A stretch of 58,617 nucleotides of DNA, filler included, from Trypethelium eluteriae (lineage: Eukaryota), in NCBI GenBank assembly GCA_051942245.1. It is 3 parts of 3 records of this genome, joined end to end, with 100 filler letters (N's around TTAATTAATTAA, not from the genome) between each part and the next. Parts side by side here need not be neighbours in the genome. Positions count along the whole stretch, not along the records: positions 39,170 to 58,617 come from JAVECL010000528.1; 2 more parts are not named here. One strand, 5' to 3'. The notes under the pieces are model-generated. The model ran no database searches. It worked only from the letters and a program-made list of their open reading frames with translations, and had not been told where the DNA came from. A program made the position numbers and the translations under genes. Below are positions 39,170 to 51,177 of this stretch, piece by piece; positions within the stretch are counted from its first letter, which is position 1; each line of letters opens with the position of its first letter.

Positions 39170-41330
39170 TTGGAGGTCGGTGGCGGAAAAGGTGCTGGTG
39201 TTTTCGGAGGGATGGGGTGCCACGAACCCGTCTTCAGCATAGCTAGTGTGGTGAATGCGGAATTCTTCTGCAGGCCAGGGGAGAGGGCCTGGGTCGGAGG
39301 TGGGTAATTCGCTCGTCGAAATCTGCGTGGCTTCTTGATCCCAGCAGGGAGCAAGGTCGGCATCGTTGAGAGGCAGGTTATTGTCAAAGTTAGGGTCGTC
39401 GACGGGTGTGATCTCGGACGGGAATTGGACATCTTCGATAACTTGATCCCAGTGGAGCTGCATTGGCATGCCTGAAATCCCAACGACGTTGTTCTGAGAA
39501 AGTTCGGATGTCTCGTGGATGCGAGATTGCGTAGGTGACTCTGTTACAGATTTGAGAGGGGACTGGGCCAAACTTGTCAATCCTTTCGGGTCGCTTGAGT
39601 CGTACGCAGTCGAAGTCTGGTACTCCTCTGCAAGCATTCTCTGCAGATTAAGAGCTGATTCGGCCTCGAGATCCATGGTTTTTGTTATGTAAGGTACAGT
39701 CCGCGAAGTCGATGTGCTCCGGGGTTGTGTGTTCGGCGTGGAAGTCTTTCTTTTGAATTGCTTCCCTTTCATATAGGCTTGTAAGTAGCCTCTGCCTGTT
39801 TTGAGGCCAACTTCTTCACGTAACATTACTCGTTCGGCGACTCTGCCAGCGCGATATGCATCCCAAAGACCTTCGCGACGTGGAGATGAGAGAAGCAACC
39901 CGATTGCACGGCGGCGAATGACAGGATGGCGACATTTGACGGCTACGAAATAGAGCGCTGGTACGGCGCCCATTTCGAAGGAGAAATGGGACCGGAATTC
40001 CTCGGGAATCGCCAGTGGTGCATTTGTCAGAGTTGAGGCAAGATCTACCATTTCCTGAAAGTCATCCGTGTAATCATCAAAGGCAGTTTCGTTAGGGCAG
40101 AGGCACAACTTTACCCAGATTTCTGTGATGCCATAGTGCAATCGCAGGAAATTTGCTGCGAGCTGATCTTCCTTCGAGTTTGATTTCCGTTCCGCATACC
40201 ATTTCTCGAAAGAAGACTTCCATTCGGTCAAGGACGTCTTCAATGAAGCTTGCTTGACGTGATACTCAGAAGAGATGGTCGATTCGTATCTCGCCTGGCT
40301 GCAAATACGTACGAAGACTAGACAAGGAGCCATGCGAGTGATCAGGGTGGTTCGAGCTTCACTAAAACTATTGATGTTTAAAGGCGAATCAGAAACTTCC
40401 TGGAGAGGGCCTTCATACACCTTCATTGGAGGTGCAGGGCGTCCAAACAGCCCTGACAAAATCCGGAGGCGGGCAAACATGGAAAGCATCGTCTCTTCAA
40501 CATCATTCTCGTCTTTGGTTGGCCGTCCCTTGTTTTGCGAGATACGATTTGTCCGAGCTCGGAGAATGGCAAAACCGCTGTGCATATGTGTCATAGCAGC
40601 ATCGATGTCTCGTCGGAGGAATTCCAGGCATATGAACAGAATACAGGCCACTAAAGGTACATGTACAGATTGGCTATCGCCAGAGAGTCTTCGAGAGAGT
40701 AAGTTGATGGCCTTAGTGTACGACATCAGAGCGAAGCGATCCTCTGTAGCGGGAAGGAGCAGATCTTGATCGGCACTGGATTCGAATCGTTCATACATGG
40801 ATGAAATGGCCATGATTGCATGTCTTATAGCAGGTTCATTCTGGCTCAATTGCAATAGAAGCCGATTCCAGAAAAGGCCATCAAAGTAGCCCGAAAGCTT
40901 TGGCGCCATCCTCTTGTGGAAAAATTCCATTGATCGCCTCTCATCCGCAGAACCTAAAGAGGCGAAGAGTTGCCGTGGTAGTATCGTAACACACTTGCTG
41001 GACCCATTTTCAGAGAAATCTCCAGGAGTGTGTTTTCTCTTGGGCGCTTTTGGGGGAATGACAGCATATCCATCACACTTTCGTCCAGTACTAGTACATC
41101 TTTGACATGCAGGTTTGGCCTCATCGCACTTGACTCGCCTGATTTTACAGGTCTAATCGCGTGATTGGTTAGCTCGTATCTTGAACGATGGATCCAGATT
41201 ACCTTACCACACACCCTGTCCTAACCTTCAGATAGGATTAGCATTGGTGTCTCACGGTGCGTACAAGGTGACTTACTTTTCTCCCCCCCGATCTGACTCG
41301 TTTCTGCGGGTTGAGCGACGAATCTGTCAT
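39170..41330 (-). CDS. Zn(II)2Cys6 transcription factor (Fungal_trans_2/DUF3468-like C-terminal region), 3' end lost in gap
   Basis: Spliced N-terminus MTDSSLNPQKRVRSGGRK|VRTGCV|TCKIRRVKCDEAKPACQRCTSTGRKCDGY, with an 18-nt microexon. Later motifs: FWNRLLLQLSQNEPAIRHA and KCRHPVIRRRAIGLL..REGLWD. Confidence 0.92.
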
Positions 41331-41720
41331 CGTGTTTGCATGATGAGCGTTAGGTCACCTACAGAAGGTCACAAAAGACATTGAAGCAAGCTTCGAAGCC
41401 CTGCGGCCTGATGACTATATGAATATTGCCCTAAACTTCATAGACACGACATAAGGAGTAATGGTTGGAAGCGATGTCGTTACAAGTGTGGCTTTGCGAG
41501 GGCTGAAGGCCACTACCTCCGTATTTGACACTCCCCTGGCCGCGGGTCGCTAACGCCAAGCCGTTGGGGCTGACAAACCGCATACACCGGGGTAGCTTGT
41601 GATGTCTAAGAAGGACTGCTTGTGGTGATACTCAGTGTAAATTAGAGAGACTCCTGCAGCCATATATCCATTTACTTGCCGTCGAGCAATCAGCCATGAG
41701 CAATTGTGGCGGCGGCTTGC

Positions 41721-41755
41721 GTTGCCAACGGAGTTTATCGCATTCCGTTGGCAAC
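41721..41755. repeat. 12-bp perfect inverted repeat with an 11-nt spacer, upstream of the Zn2Cys6 transcription factor
   Basis: GTTGCCAACGGA-gtttatcgcat-TCCGTTGGCAAC. Confidence 0.8.
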
Positions 41756-43354
41756 CCAGGTCGCCGCTTCAGCTAAGCGATTGGACCGCTAAGATTTACT
41801 GTCCTCTCGTGCTATTCTACATCCAGGGCGGAATATGCGGACCTATTATCTCCAATCTCCAATCATTTGCATCTTCTGGCATAATATCGTCGTGAGCTTC
41901 TGTATCCTCGCCTGCACAAGAATAGACGTTGCTCGCGTCATCGATTTACTACATTTAGGCACCGGTTAAGATTCGCGCCCTGTGGTTGCACCCCCGCGTA
42001 ATATCTTCTAAAAATCGATGAGTATTATCTACAGAGTGGACCGTGCATGGAAAAGGAATCTCCTACAAGGAACTCATCTTGGCAATCTCCCGCTGTTTCT
42101 TCACTATTTCAAATTTCAAATGCTTTCTTTTAATCCATCCATTTCCTGGCAACAAATTGAGGCAGCAGTGAGAGTGCCCTTCTAAGCCTCAATCTTCGAT
42201 GAAAGCATTGAGCTCAGAAGGCCCGGTGTGGAACTCACAATATTTATCAAAATTGTATTCCGTTCTGAGTAACAATGCAACACTATAGCATTTTACCGAG
42301 ATCTCCAAAAATACTGCATGGTTTGTCGTAGTGTTAGATATTCCGATCAGCCAACTAGATGTGACTTGAACGAGGAATGCTCTTCTCCAATCGCAGCCTT
42401 TTATCATACCATTGACAAGACTTTCTTTCTAGTTTGGCTCTCCTTTCATGTTCGGGTGTACCTTGAAATTCGACGGTTCTTGTATGCCAAAGCTATAATA
42501 CCATGACTGATAGGGTCCAAGGACCTCCCCCAAGGCGAAGGAATTTCCAGTAACTAGGGTCTACCTGGATTTCTCCTGAGTCGAATGAAGTCTCTGAAGA
42601 AGAGTGGAAAACATCAATTGTGACAACTTGGCTGGTGTAAAGATGTTCTGTACCTGTGTGCAGAAACGTGCAGGAAGCACGATGCTGTGGTGACCTGGCG
42701 AACGAAGGAGTTTCTTGACTTAATATGTTATGAGGGAATGAGGGAGCTGGTGACAGGAAGGAAAGGCTCTAGATAAGTGGTATTCCGTAGAATACCACTA
42801 ATTCTGGAATTGCAATCATCAAAGCACAAAAAAGTATCATTTTTTTCGGAAATTGGTAATCAGGCTTCTCTTGAGACGTTCTGGGTGTAGTATCCTTGTT
42901 GAACATCGATTGTATCATTTGTCCATAACTTGCCCCAAACCGGGTTTGCATGCTTCATGAGAATTGCCGTCGGTGTTCCACGTAATAGTACGACCTAAGG
43001 AAAGTACATGTATTATTACCGGACCAGGTAAGAAGTCAGTACAATTGTGCTCCTCCGAGTCTAGCATCTATCGGTGCATCGGTGCATTATTCTTAGGAAA
43101 AGGGGCGATCTGATGATCGGCGCGACGGGACCATCCGTAGTTAAATGAGGTCATTGGCCGGATGCAACAACGCGTCGCCGCGATGAAACGTGCCCCTGTG
43201 GCATGCAATTTGGCAGCAACGATCCTCTTCCCGTCCCATTGCTTCCAAGTCTATACCCATAGCAGTATCTGAGGCCACAACGATATCATGCTTTGATTTT
43301 ACAAACTCATTTTGGCAATTAAACTTGAGCAGATAACGCATAGGCCTGTTGACT

Positions 43355-44905
43355 ATGGCCTCCGAATTACCTTCCCCTCCCTCCGATCGAACCCCTTCTC
43401 CTTCCCCGAGTATCTCCCCTTCGTTGGCTCTCGGAGCCGTGCCACTACTCGAGCCCGATAGATCCGTGTCTGGTACATCATCTGTCTCCTCAATCTCGAC
43501 CCAATCTACGAATTCAAGAGTCTCCGATGGCGCGATAGTAGGACGCAGACGACGTGGCTTCATGCGGCCCCAGGCCACTGTTTTTGCAGATTCGGCTCGG
43601 AACCGAAACAGTGTCATGAGCCTTGGGAGTATAGCTCATGTGCAACATTATTTCGCTCGAACTGGGTTGCTGGATGGAAAAGGGGCACAATTGGCCAAGG
43701 AGAGGAAGAAGAGAGCTGCAGCTGAAGCTGGCGTCTCTATCCGCTCTGCATCTTTTGCTTCGGATACCGGATCGGCCGATTTCGGGTTTAGTGACAATGG
43801 CTCACTATTGACGGAAAGTCTTCTTGATAGCCCTGTGGACCGTGAAGAGGAAATTGGGAGCTGGGAATTTACTATCCCAGGCATGCTTCCACCAACGGTT
43901 AGTACGTATAAAGAGAAGCCAGCCTATGTTCCACCCCCACCAGATGGAGTCGTTCTGCGACGCGAATTGAGAGAAGCCCTCGAAGACGCACGGAAGGTAC
44001 TCAAAGAGACGGATCGGGATGATGGGGTAGATGCTGAGTTGAGGAACGATACTTCCAGCCCTCCAGAGCCAAGGACAGCAAGACCGGAGTCTCAAGGCTT
44101 TCACGAAATCGAAGGGTTGCACGTGCTTGACATCATCACGCTTGCAATCAGGGCAACCAAGAATTACTACACAGCTCATGAAAACCCTCAATGGCTATGT
44201 ACAATCAAATCAGAAAAGCGGATTCGCGCAGAGCTTTACCAGATCCTCGACGTTCTCAAAAAGATGGCTTCACGAAGCTTTTCCGGCGGCATGCGTCAGC
44301 AGGAAAGAGAAAGTATATCATGTTGGATCACAGACATTGACAACCTCCTCAATACGGAAGAGGAGCAAGAGCGGTTGGAGACCAATAAACGAGAACAATG
44401 GACATGGCGTGAGGGCAATTGGACGGGAAGAGAGAGGGAACGAGAATATCTGTTTATCAAATCGTTTGATCCGCGCATCGACGAGCTGCCACCCTGGACA
44501 GATCCCGCAGATGCCAGCTCACTGCCGACACCCTTCCTTCAGACATTTCAGAATGGCCTAAGACTGATACACCTGCACAACGCGCTGGTTCAAAAGTCCC
44601 AAAGACATTTTGGCGACATTAAGAACTTTCACACTGACACAAACAAACCTTACCGTTGTGCTGAGAATTTGCAATACTGGATCAAAGCCGCCCAACTTCG
44701 CTGGGAAGTTAGACTGGACGTGAACGCTCTCACTGTCGTACAGGGTAACGGCGAAGAAACATGGAACAAATTTGACGTTGCCATTTTGAAATGGTGTAAG
44801 GCTGTGCGGGAAGAGATTATATCGGAATTGGACGAGCAGCAGGTACAAGCAAAGCCACCTGCTTTACGAATTGACGTGGGAGATGTTGCGTACGAGGCGA
44901 ATTAA
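43355..44905 (+). CDS. Conserved fungal hypothetical protein with a C-terminal calponin-homology-like segment
   Basis: Intronless 516-aa ORF with SVMSLGSIAHVQHYFARTGLLDGKGAQL and MLPPTVSTY. The C-terminal FQNGLRLIHLHNALV..PYRCAENLQYWIKAA is CH-like. Confidence 0.8.
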   Translation: MASELPSPPSDRTPSPSPSISPSLALGAVPLLEPDRSVSGTSSVSSISTQSTNSRVSDGAIVGRRRRGFMRPQATVFADSARNRNSVMSLGSIAHVQHYFARTGLLDGKGAQLAKERKKRAAAEAGVSIRSASFASDTGSADFGFSDNGSLLTESLLDSPVDREEEIGSWEFTIPGMLPPTVSTYKEKPAYVPPPPDGVVLRRELREALEDARKVLKETDRDDGVDAELRNDTSSPPEPRTARPESQGFHEIEGLHVLDIITLAIRATKNYYTAHENPQWLCTIKSEKRIRAELYQILDVLKKMASRSFSGGMRQQERESISCWITDIDNLLNTEEEQERLETNKREQWTWREGNWTGREREREYLFIKSFDPRIDELPPWTDPADASSLPTPFLQTFQNGLRLIHLHNALVQKSQRHFGDIKNFHTDTNKPYRCAENLQYWIKAAQLRWEVRLDVNALTVVQGNGEETWNKFDVAILKWCKAVREEIISELDEQQVQAKPPALRIDVGDVAYEAN

Positions 44906-45707
44906 TGCATAAACAATGTTGGGACCAAGGAGTGAAAGCGGTATAGCGACAGGATGGATATTTATACTATAGGTATTGCTTCGATTCTGATTCGGAGAAA
45001 GATTGTCATTGCACGGAACAGATGTTTCCCGTGTGGTTATCATGTTCCGGGTCCGTGGGAGACATGGGCGAATGTTTGAAACTGATTGAGAGGAGGAACG
45101 GATGCTCATTAAGATACCCATCAATTGATCGACTTTCTTTTGCCGCGAGATCGTCTCATGCATTATGCGTATGAGCCCATGGCAGCAATCCTCGCTAGAC
45201 GATGTTTGTATCTGGGAGAATTGATGATCTTCAGAGTATGGATCAGCCAGTTTCCGTGGACTTAACCGAATACAAATGTTTCTTGAGGAGGCAAGGGTAG
45301 ATCTGAAGCAGCTACCCCAGCACACGCACTCAGGTTGCCCCTGTAGACGAGGCCCTGCGTGTCACAGACAAGATGAAGAGCGGGAGTAGTTGGGTTCTAG
45401 AAATGCCAAGAGCTGCCCACGTAGATTTGTGCCAAGTGCAAGACGACACAGCGCTTTGCAAGTCAAGGATTGGATTGCAAGTCATCGACGTCTTTGTGCG
45501 CGTGATTCGACACCGGTAATTGCGGTCTGGGTGTTGTGGGCTCAAGTGGCTCGGCGGCCAGATCGCTGTACTCCGACCGCGGTTCCGACAAGATCAAGCG
45601 ACCCCCAAACGCCAGCGAAACAACAGCGAGCCTACATTGACTTCCCCCCTCTCGACCGCGCCTGCATACTGGACACCGCATCCCCGAGGGCATGACTAGG
45701 CTCTGAT

Positions 45708-47954
45708 ATGTACAAAGCTGCTGGGCGGCCTGACAGCCTCTTCTCGACATCGGACCCTTCGCATCCTTCCAACTACACCCACCGCAAGTCCATCTCAGGC
45801 CCTGGCTTGTTAGGCTTACTTCCAACCTGGCTGCCACACTCGTCCACCCATCATCAATCCGTGCCTCATAGTCCGACCAAGTCTGACAGTTCGCCTCTCC
45901 CGACTCCCAATCCCTCCCAGGTTGACTTCCACGAGTCCATTCCCTTAGCAAACCTCCGAACCGGTTTGGCACCCAGCTCTCGTAGGGAGCCTCCGGCAAT
46001 GGAGTCCTCGGAAGCTCCATTGCTTTCTGGACATCGCCGTCGAAGAAGCGCTTCATTGCTCCAAGGTATTGGCCCAAGCAATAACCGAGCCCACAGTCTA
46101 CCACCTCGAAGTCGACGTTCACCGACAGAGCAACTCCCCGAACTAGACGAGGGCAAATCCCACGAAAGCGACGGCGAAGGCGCATCCGGATCCTCTGGCA
46201 TGTCAGACGCCGATATGGAGATGAACGACATCGACACCGACGAGGACTTGGATGATGACGAAGAGACCGGCTTGACCCAGAAAGACAGGAAAAGGAGGAG
46301 AAGGAGGAAGCGGCGTAACACGTTGATGGATGAACGAGTTGCAGGCGGCTACAAGTTGTCCAAGGAAGAGGAGGACATGGCCACCCAAAGTATCGTCAAA
46401 GCAACAATCATAAATGCCGTTCTTGTGGGTCTCTGGTACCTGTTATCAATTTCAATATCCGTGGTGAGTATCCTCATAACAAGTTGCGCGAACCGTCTCC
46501 TAACCTCCATAGTACAACAAATGGATGTTTTCGCCCGACAACCTCGACTTTCATTACCCCCTCTTCACTACCTGCATTCACATGCTTGTGCAATTTGTAC
46601 TAGCATCCCTCGTTCTCTTTTTCGTCCCTTCTTATCGACCATCAAACCGCTTCCAGGAGAACCACGCCAATGGCTCTGCACACCATCGAACCGACTCCGT
46701 TTCTAATGATCCCACGAAACCCATCATGACAGGCTGGTTCTATCTCTCGCGCATTGGACCATGTGGCGCAGCAACGGGTCTTGACATTGGCCTGGGAAAC
46801 ATGAGTCTCAAATTCATTAGTTTAACATTTTTCAGTACGTGCACAAACCTCTTCTCTCACGTCCCCCAGCAGCAATGCCCGAACTGTCCCTAAGTGTTTC
46901 GCCATTACAAGTCCCATTTATCTTCAAGTATCGATCGACTAACCTGTCTTTTGCAGCCATGTGTAAATCATCTGTCCTCGCATTCGTCCTTGTCTTTGCC
47001 TTCCTCTTTCGACTTGAACAGCCTAGCTGGCGGCTCGGCTTGATTATTTTCTTCATGACCATCGGCGTCATCATGATGGTTGCAGGCGAGACTGCCTTCA
47101 ACGCTCTTGGCTTCTTACTTATCATGTCCTCGGCATTCTTCTCTGGTTTCAGGTGGTCACTAACCCAGATTCTCCTTCTACGAAATCCTGCGACTTCGAA
47201 TCCCTTCAGCTCCATCTTCTACCTCGCGCCAGTCATGTTCCTCGCCCTTCTGATCCTCGCACTTCCTGTCGAGCAACCTGTCGAGTTGTATTCTGGCATG
47301 ACGACGCTGTTTAACGCCAAAGGTGTTCCTATGGGAATCCTAATCCTGATGTTCCCGGGTGCTCTTGCCTTCCTCATGACAGCTTCAGAATTCGCACTGC
47401 TCAAACGCACCAGTGTGGTCACCTTATCAATCTGCGGTATCTTTAAGGAAGTCGTCACAATATCGGCAGCTGGCATCGTCTTCCACGACAAGCTCACCAC
47501 CGTCAACGTAACTGGCCTAGGAGTTACCATCGCCAGCATTGCCGCCTATAACTGGATCAAGCTTCGTGGCATGCGCGAGCGCGCTCGCTCTGATGCACAA
47601 GCTCGTGGCGAGGCCAATGCTCGCTCTGAAGCAACGCTTTCTACCCATAATACGCCGACAACACGAGCACCTGTTTCATTTCCTCCGTTTCCCGGTGGGT
47701 CTTCGGGAGGTGCGACATCTGCCTCTATTTGGGATAGCAGGGGACGAGCCGGGAGCGTTGCTATGAGTGGGCCCATGGGTGGTGTGACTCAGGATGGGGA
47801 AGTGATGGGGCGGAATAGCACAAGTAATCTCATAAGACACAGTCTTAGCATCTCGGTCGCAGCCGGGCAACCGAATCTTGGATTGGAGAGGTTTATACAA
47901 AATGAGAGGGGCGTCACGCAGAGCCCAGTAAAAAGACCTGAAGATTTGGATTGA
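45708..47954 (+). CDS. Nucleotide-sugar / triose-phosphate transporter family protein (SLC35C2/YMD8-like), two introns; start could instead be 45999
   Basis: LWYLLSISISV|YNKWMF, FHYPLFTTCIHMLVQF, ATGLDIGLGNMSL, MCKSSVLAFVL, FSGFRWSLTQILL and TSVVTLSICGIFKEV. Confidence 0.9.
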
Positions 47955-48738
47955 AACGAGATCGAGGCATCAGGAGGACCGTTTCAAATTATGAAGCAAA
48001 CGCGATACCCATTGGAGATTAACGTTTTGTCGATACGTTTGAGAATAAACGTCATCATCGTGGATTGGGTTATCATTGCCAGAGCCTGCACAAACAGGTG
48101 GAGTTCTCGAAGGGAATTGTTTTGGAGTGTTTGATCATGAGATCCGGAGCAAAAACACGCCGAAGTTTTAGTGTGCATCGTTTTCACGATGCTGGTATTG
48201 CGTGCGTTGCATATGGAATTTCTTCCTTAAATATGCAGCAGATCGATATAGAAAGCTCAAGGCGTTGGAATTGAGCAGTTTCATCTTTCAGGATGACTCT
48301 GGGATAGCTGCACGCTTTTCTAAGCGAGGTATTCGATCATATATTGTTTGGCAATATACATGAATGCAAAGCATCGTGTCATGGTTACCAGTTTGTATCC
48401 TTCGTTGAACGCACGCATTCACGGCAGTTTCCTATTAAATGATATCTACCCTGCAATGCATAGCCGCCTCTGGCGCTTACTTTATCGTTTCGTCGCAGCT
48501 ACTACCTCTGCAGACACTGTGACTTACGAAAGCAATGGCAGGAAATAGCTGGCTTAATATATCTCGAGGACATCAGCCACTCATCTCGCACTATCGACAG
48601 AATATCATCAAGACAGCCTACCAAATCTTCGTTCACTCTTTGTCCGTTTCGAGGCTATTACTTCGACGATTCCTTCTCCAGGCAGTACACGTTACTAAAG
48701 TAGACAGCAGTCACAACAGCTCCAGTATCCACTACAAA

Positions 48739-50575
48739 ATGGAGAGTGATGCAAGTATTAATATCGAGCGTCCTTCACTTGTACCGGTCGAAGAGCCGGG
48801 GCCATCAATACAAACCAGTACGCGAGACAGTGCCAGTTCAGTAGTTCCATCATCCCGATATCAACAATCCAGTCCTCTTGCAAGCGTCTTAGCCGGCGAG
48901 CCCGAGGAGAGAAAAGGAGCCAAGAACGACCTTCACGCAACTTCAAAACACCAAAAGCTCAAGAGCAAAGAGGTCGAGGACCCTATCCCTAAAGACGACG
49001 ATATTTGCTTGAAGAATACTATTAAGCTCCTCAATCGGAAGTACTCATCCTCTCCCGCCCTTTCAAGCACCCGCAAACCAATCCCGCAACGCAAAAGCAG
49101 CGTCTCCTTCTCAAGCGACCGAGACACCAACAGCATCCGCCCTTCCCACCATCGGCCAGCGCAACTTCCCGATGATGAGCTTCAGCGTCCACTCCCTCAT
49201 TCCCTCGCCCAACATACTCTGGCGAACGCACGACGAAACCCTTACCCTTACAACACACCTCAAGGCCACCTCCTCACTACCTACCACACTCTGCGCATGT
49301 ATCAGGAGCCCGAGCATGCCCATCTCGCACATCGCGCCATCTCGACTACTTCTCAGAGACGACGGTTAGCTATCTCGGTGGCTCGCGACTCGCTGCACTG
49401 GGCGAAGGACATGGTGGGCCCGTGGACTTCGGCGGTGGGGGACAATGCGTTTTTTGGATTCGAGGCATCGTTTCTAAAGGATGACTGCGTGGCCATGGCG
49501 CGATGGCTGAGGCGTATCTTGGGGACGGTAATGGGGAATTCGTGGGTCGAGATTTCGCATGGGCGTCTGGGATTTGGAAGCGAGTTTAGTGGGTGAGTTT
49601 GAGTCGAGCTGGGTGCGCGGGGGGAGTGATGGCTTCAGGGGGGATCTTTGATTGAGAACCGGATGGCACTGAATGAATATGCTGCAAGGTTGCTGATGAT
49701 GCGTAGGAAGCTGCGCTCTTGCCGGATCTTTGGGGAGTACACTTATCCTTTGTTCTTGGTGAGGAGCTGCGACGAGCATATGCTGCCATATGTTGCGGTC
49801 TTCTATAGACGAAGCAGACTTGAGTCTGAATTGGATGTGTTTCAGGCTATGCTTGCGTTAGCTATGGAACAGTATGGGAAAGCGCCGGAAAAAGATGCCT
49901 ACATAGTAAGTTGGTTGATTGTGCTTCATCTGGCCCTTGGAATCCCTGAGTATTTTGGCACACGACAGAGAATGAAAGCTTATGCTATTACAGGTTCGCG
50001 TCGTAATCCGTTATCAACAAGGAGGTGATGAATACTGCGAGGTGCACAGCGCTCATATAAGCAACACCTGGATCCGTGATATTCTTTTTGGCAGCGTCAC
50101 GACTTCTGGGCCCTATGGAGATTCCTCACCCGTCATCAAAGGCTTTTTCAGAGTGAAGAAGTCAGACCCATACCTATTCTACGACAAGAAGAGAAAGACA
50201 TCTAAAGCAAGACTATTGCTCGGCATTCTCTTAGACCCGTTCGTGGATCTTCTGCAGAAATATTATGACAGACGCATCACCGAAAAAAGCGTCTTTCAGA
50301 TGCTCTACGAGACAAAAATTGGGGCAGCAGCTGCAAAACACATCTACTCCAGAGTAAGTTCGTTAAAACGCCAACAGACGATGAACACGAAAGTCTCGCT
50401 TCGGAAAGTGTACAAGAACGCAGAAGCTTTGAAGGACGCCATCATTCAGCGAGGTCGCTTTTGGGATACGTTTGCCGTGAATCTGAAAGTAGATATGGGA
50501 ATGAATGAGAGGCGGATACATTCGACGAGGTACAGCGGGAAGACGAATTCAGACTCCGAAGGAGCCTTGGTCTAA
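48739..50575 (+). CDS. Hypothetical protein, probably multi-exon (structure uncertain)
   Basis: Three consecutive plus-strand ORFs. A clear GTAAGT..TTACAG intron joins the last two. The junction at 49590-49640 is ambiguous. No recognisable domain. Confidence 0.5.
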
Positions 50576-51177
50576 TTTGATGTGTATCTCGAGCTTGGCG
50601 TAAGGTGTTTGGATCACTGCAAGTGGAATAAAAGATGGATGGAAACCGTTCGTTTGCAGATTCATGTAAAGACCATTGATGATATTCATAAGAAAACAAG
50701 ATTGTAAAAATCATACATCAACTGCCAGACTTAGCCTACGTAGTCTCTTAATCACATTCTGAGATATGGTGCTGAAGAATTGGCGAAGAAGCGGATGCGA
50801 TGTGATATGCGCGACAATAGTATTATTGATGGCGTCTTGGTCATCACAAAATGCCAAGCCGGATTTGGCTTAGCGATGAATTGAGGGCCTTGGTGTCCCT
50901 GGCTTTCATCATTGTATGGCAAAACAACTACCTCGAACTCCTCCAAACCGTACAACCACCTCTTACACCACTCACTTCACCCCCGACCGCACTTCTCGCT
51001 GCTGCTTCTCCCACTTGCCTTCAAACTCTTCGACATTACTATCTCACGTGCGCTGCCAGTCCCTCTTTAGACACAGCTCAAGCAGGACACGCGAGCTCGG
51101 CCTACTTTCGAGGCCGATTCCGCCACCCAGCGGTACCAAACCCCTCAATATCTCTTTGAGAGCGCCTCCTCTTCACA

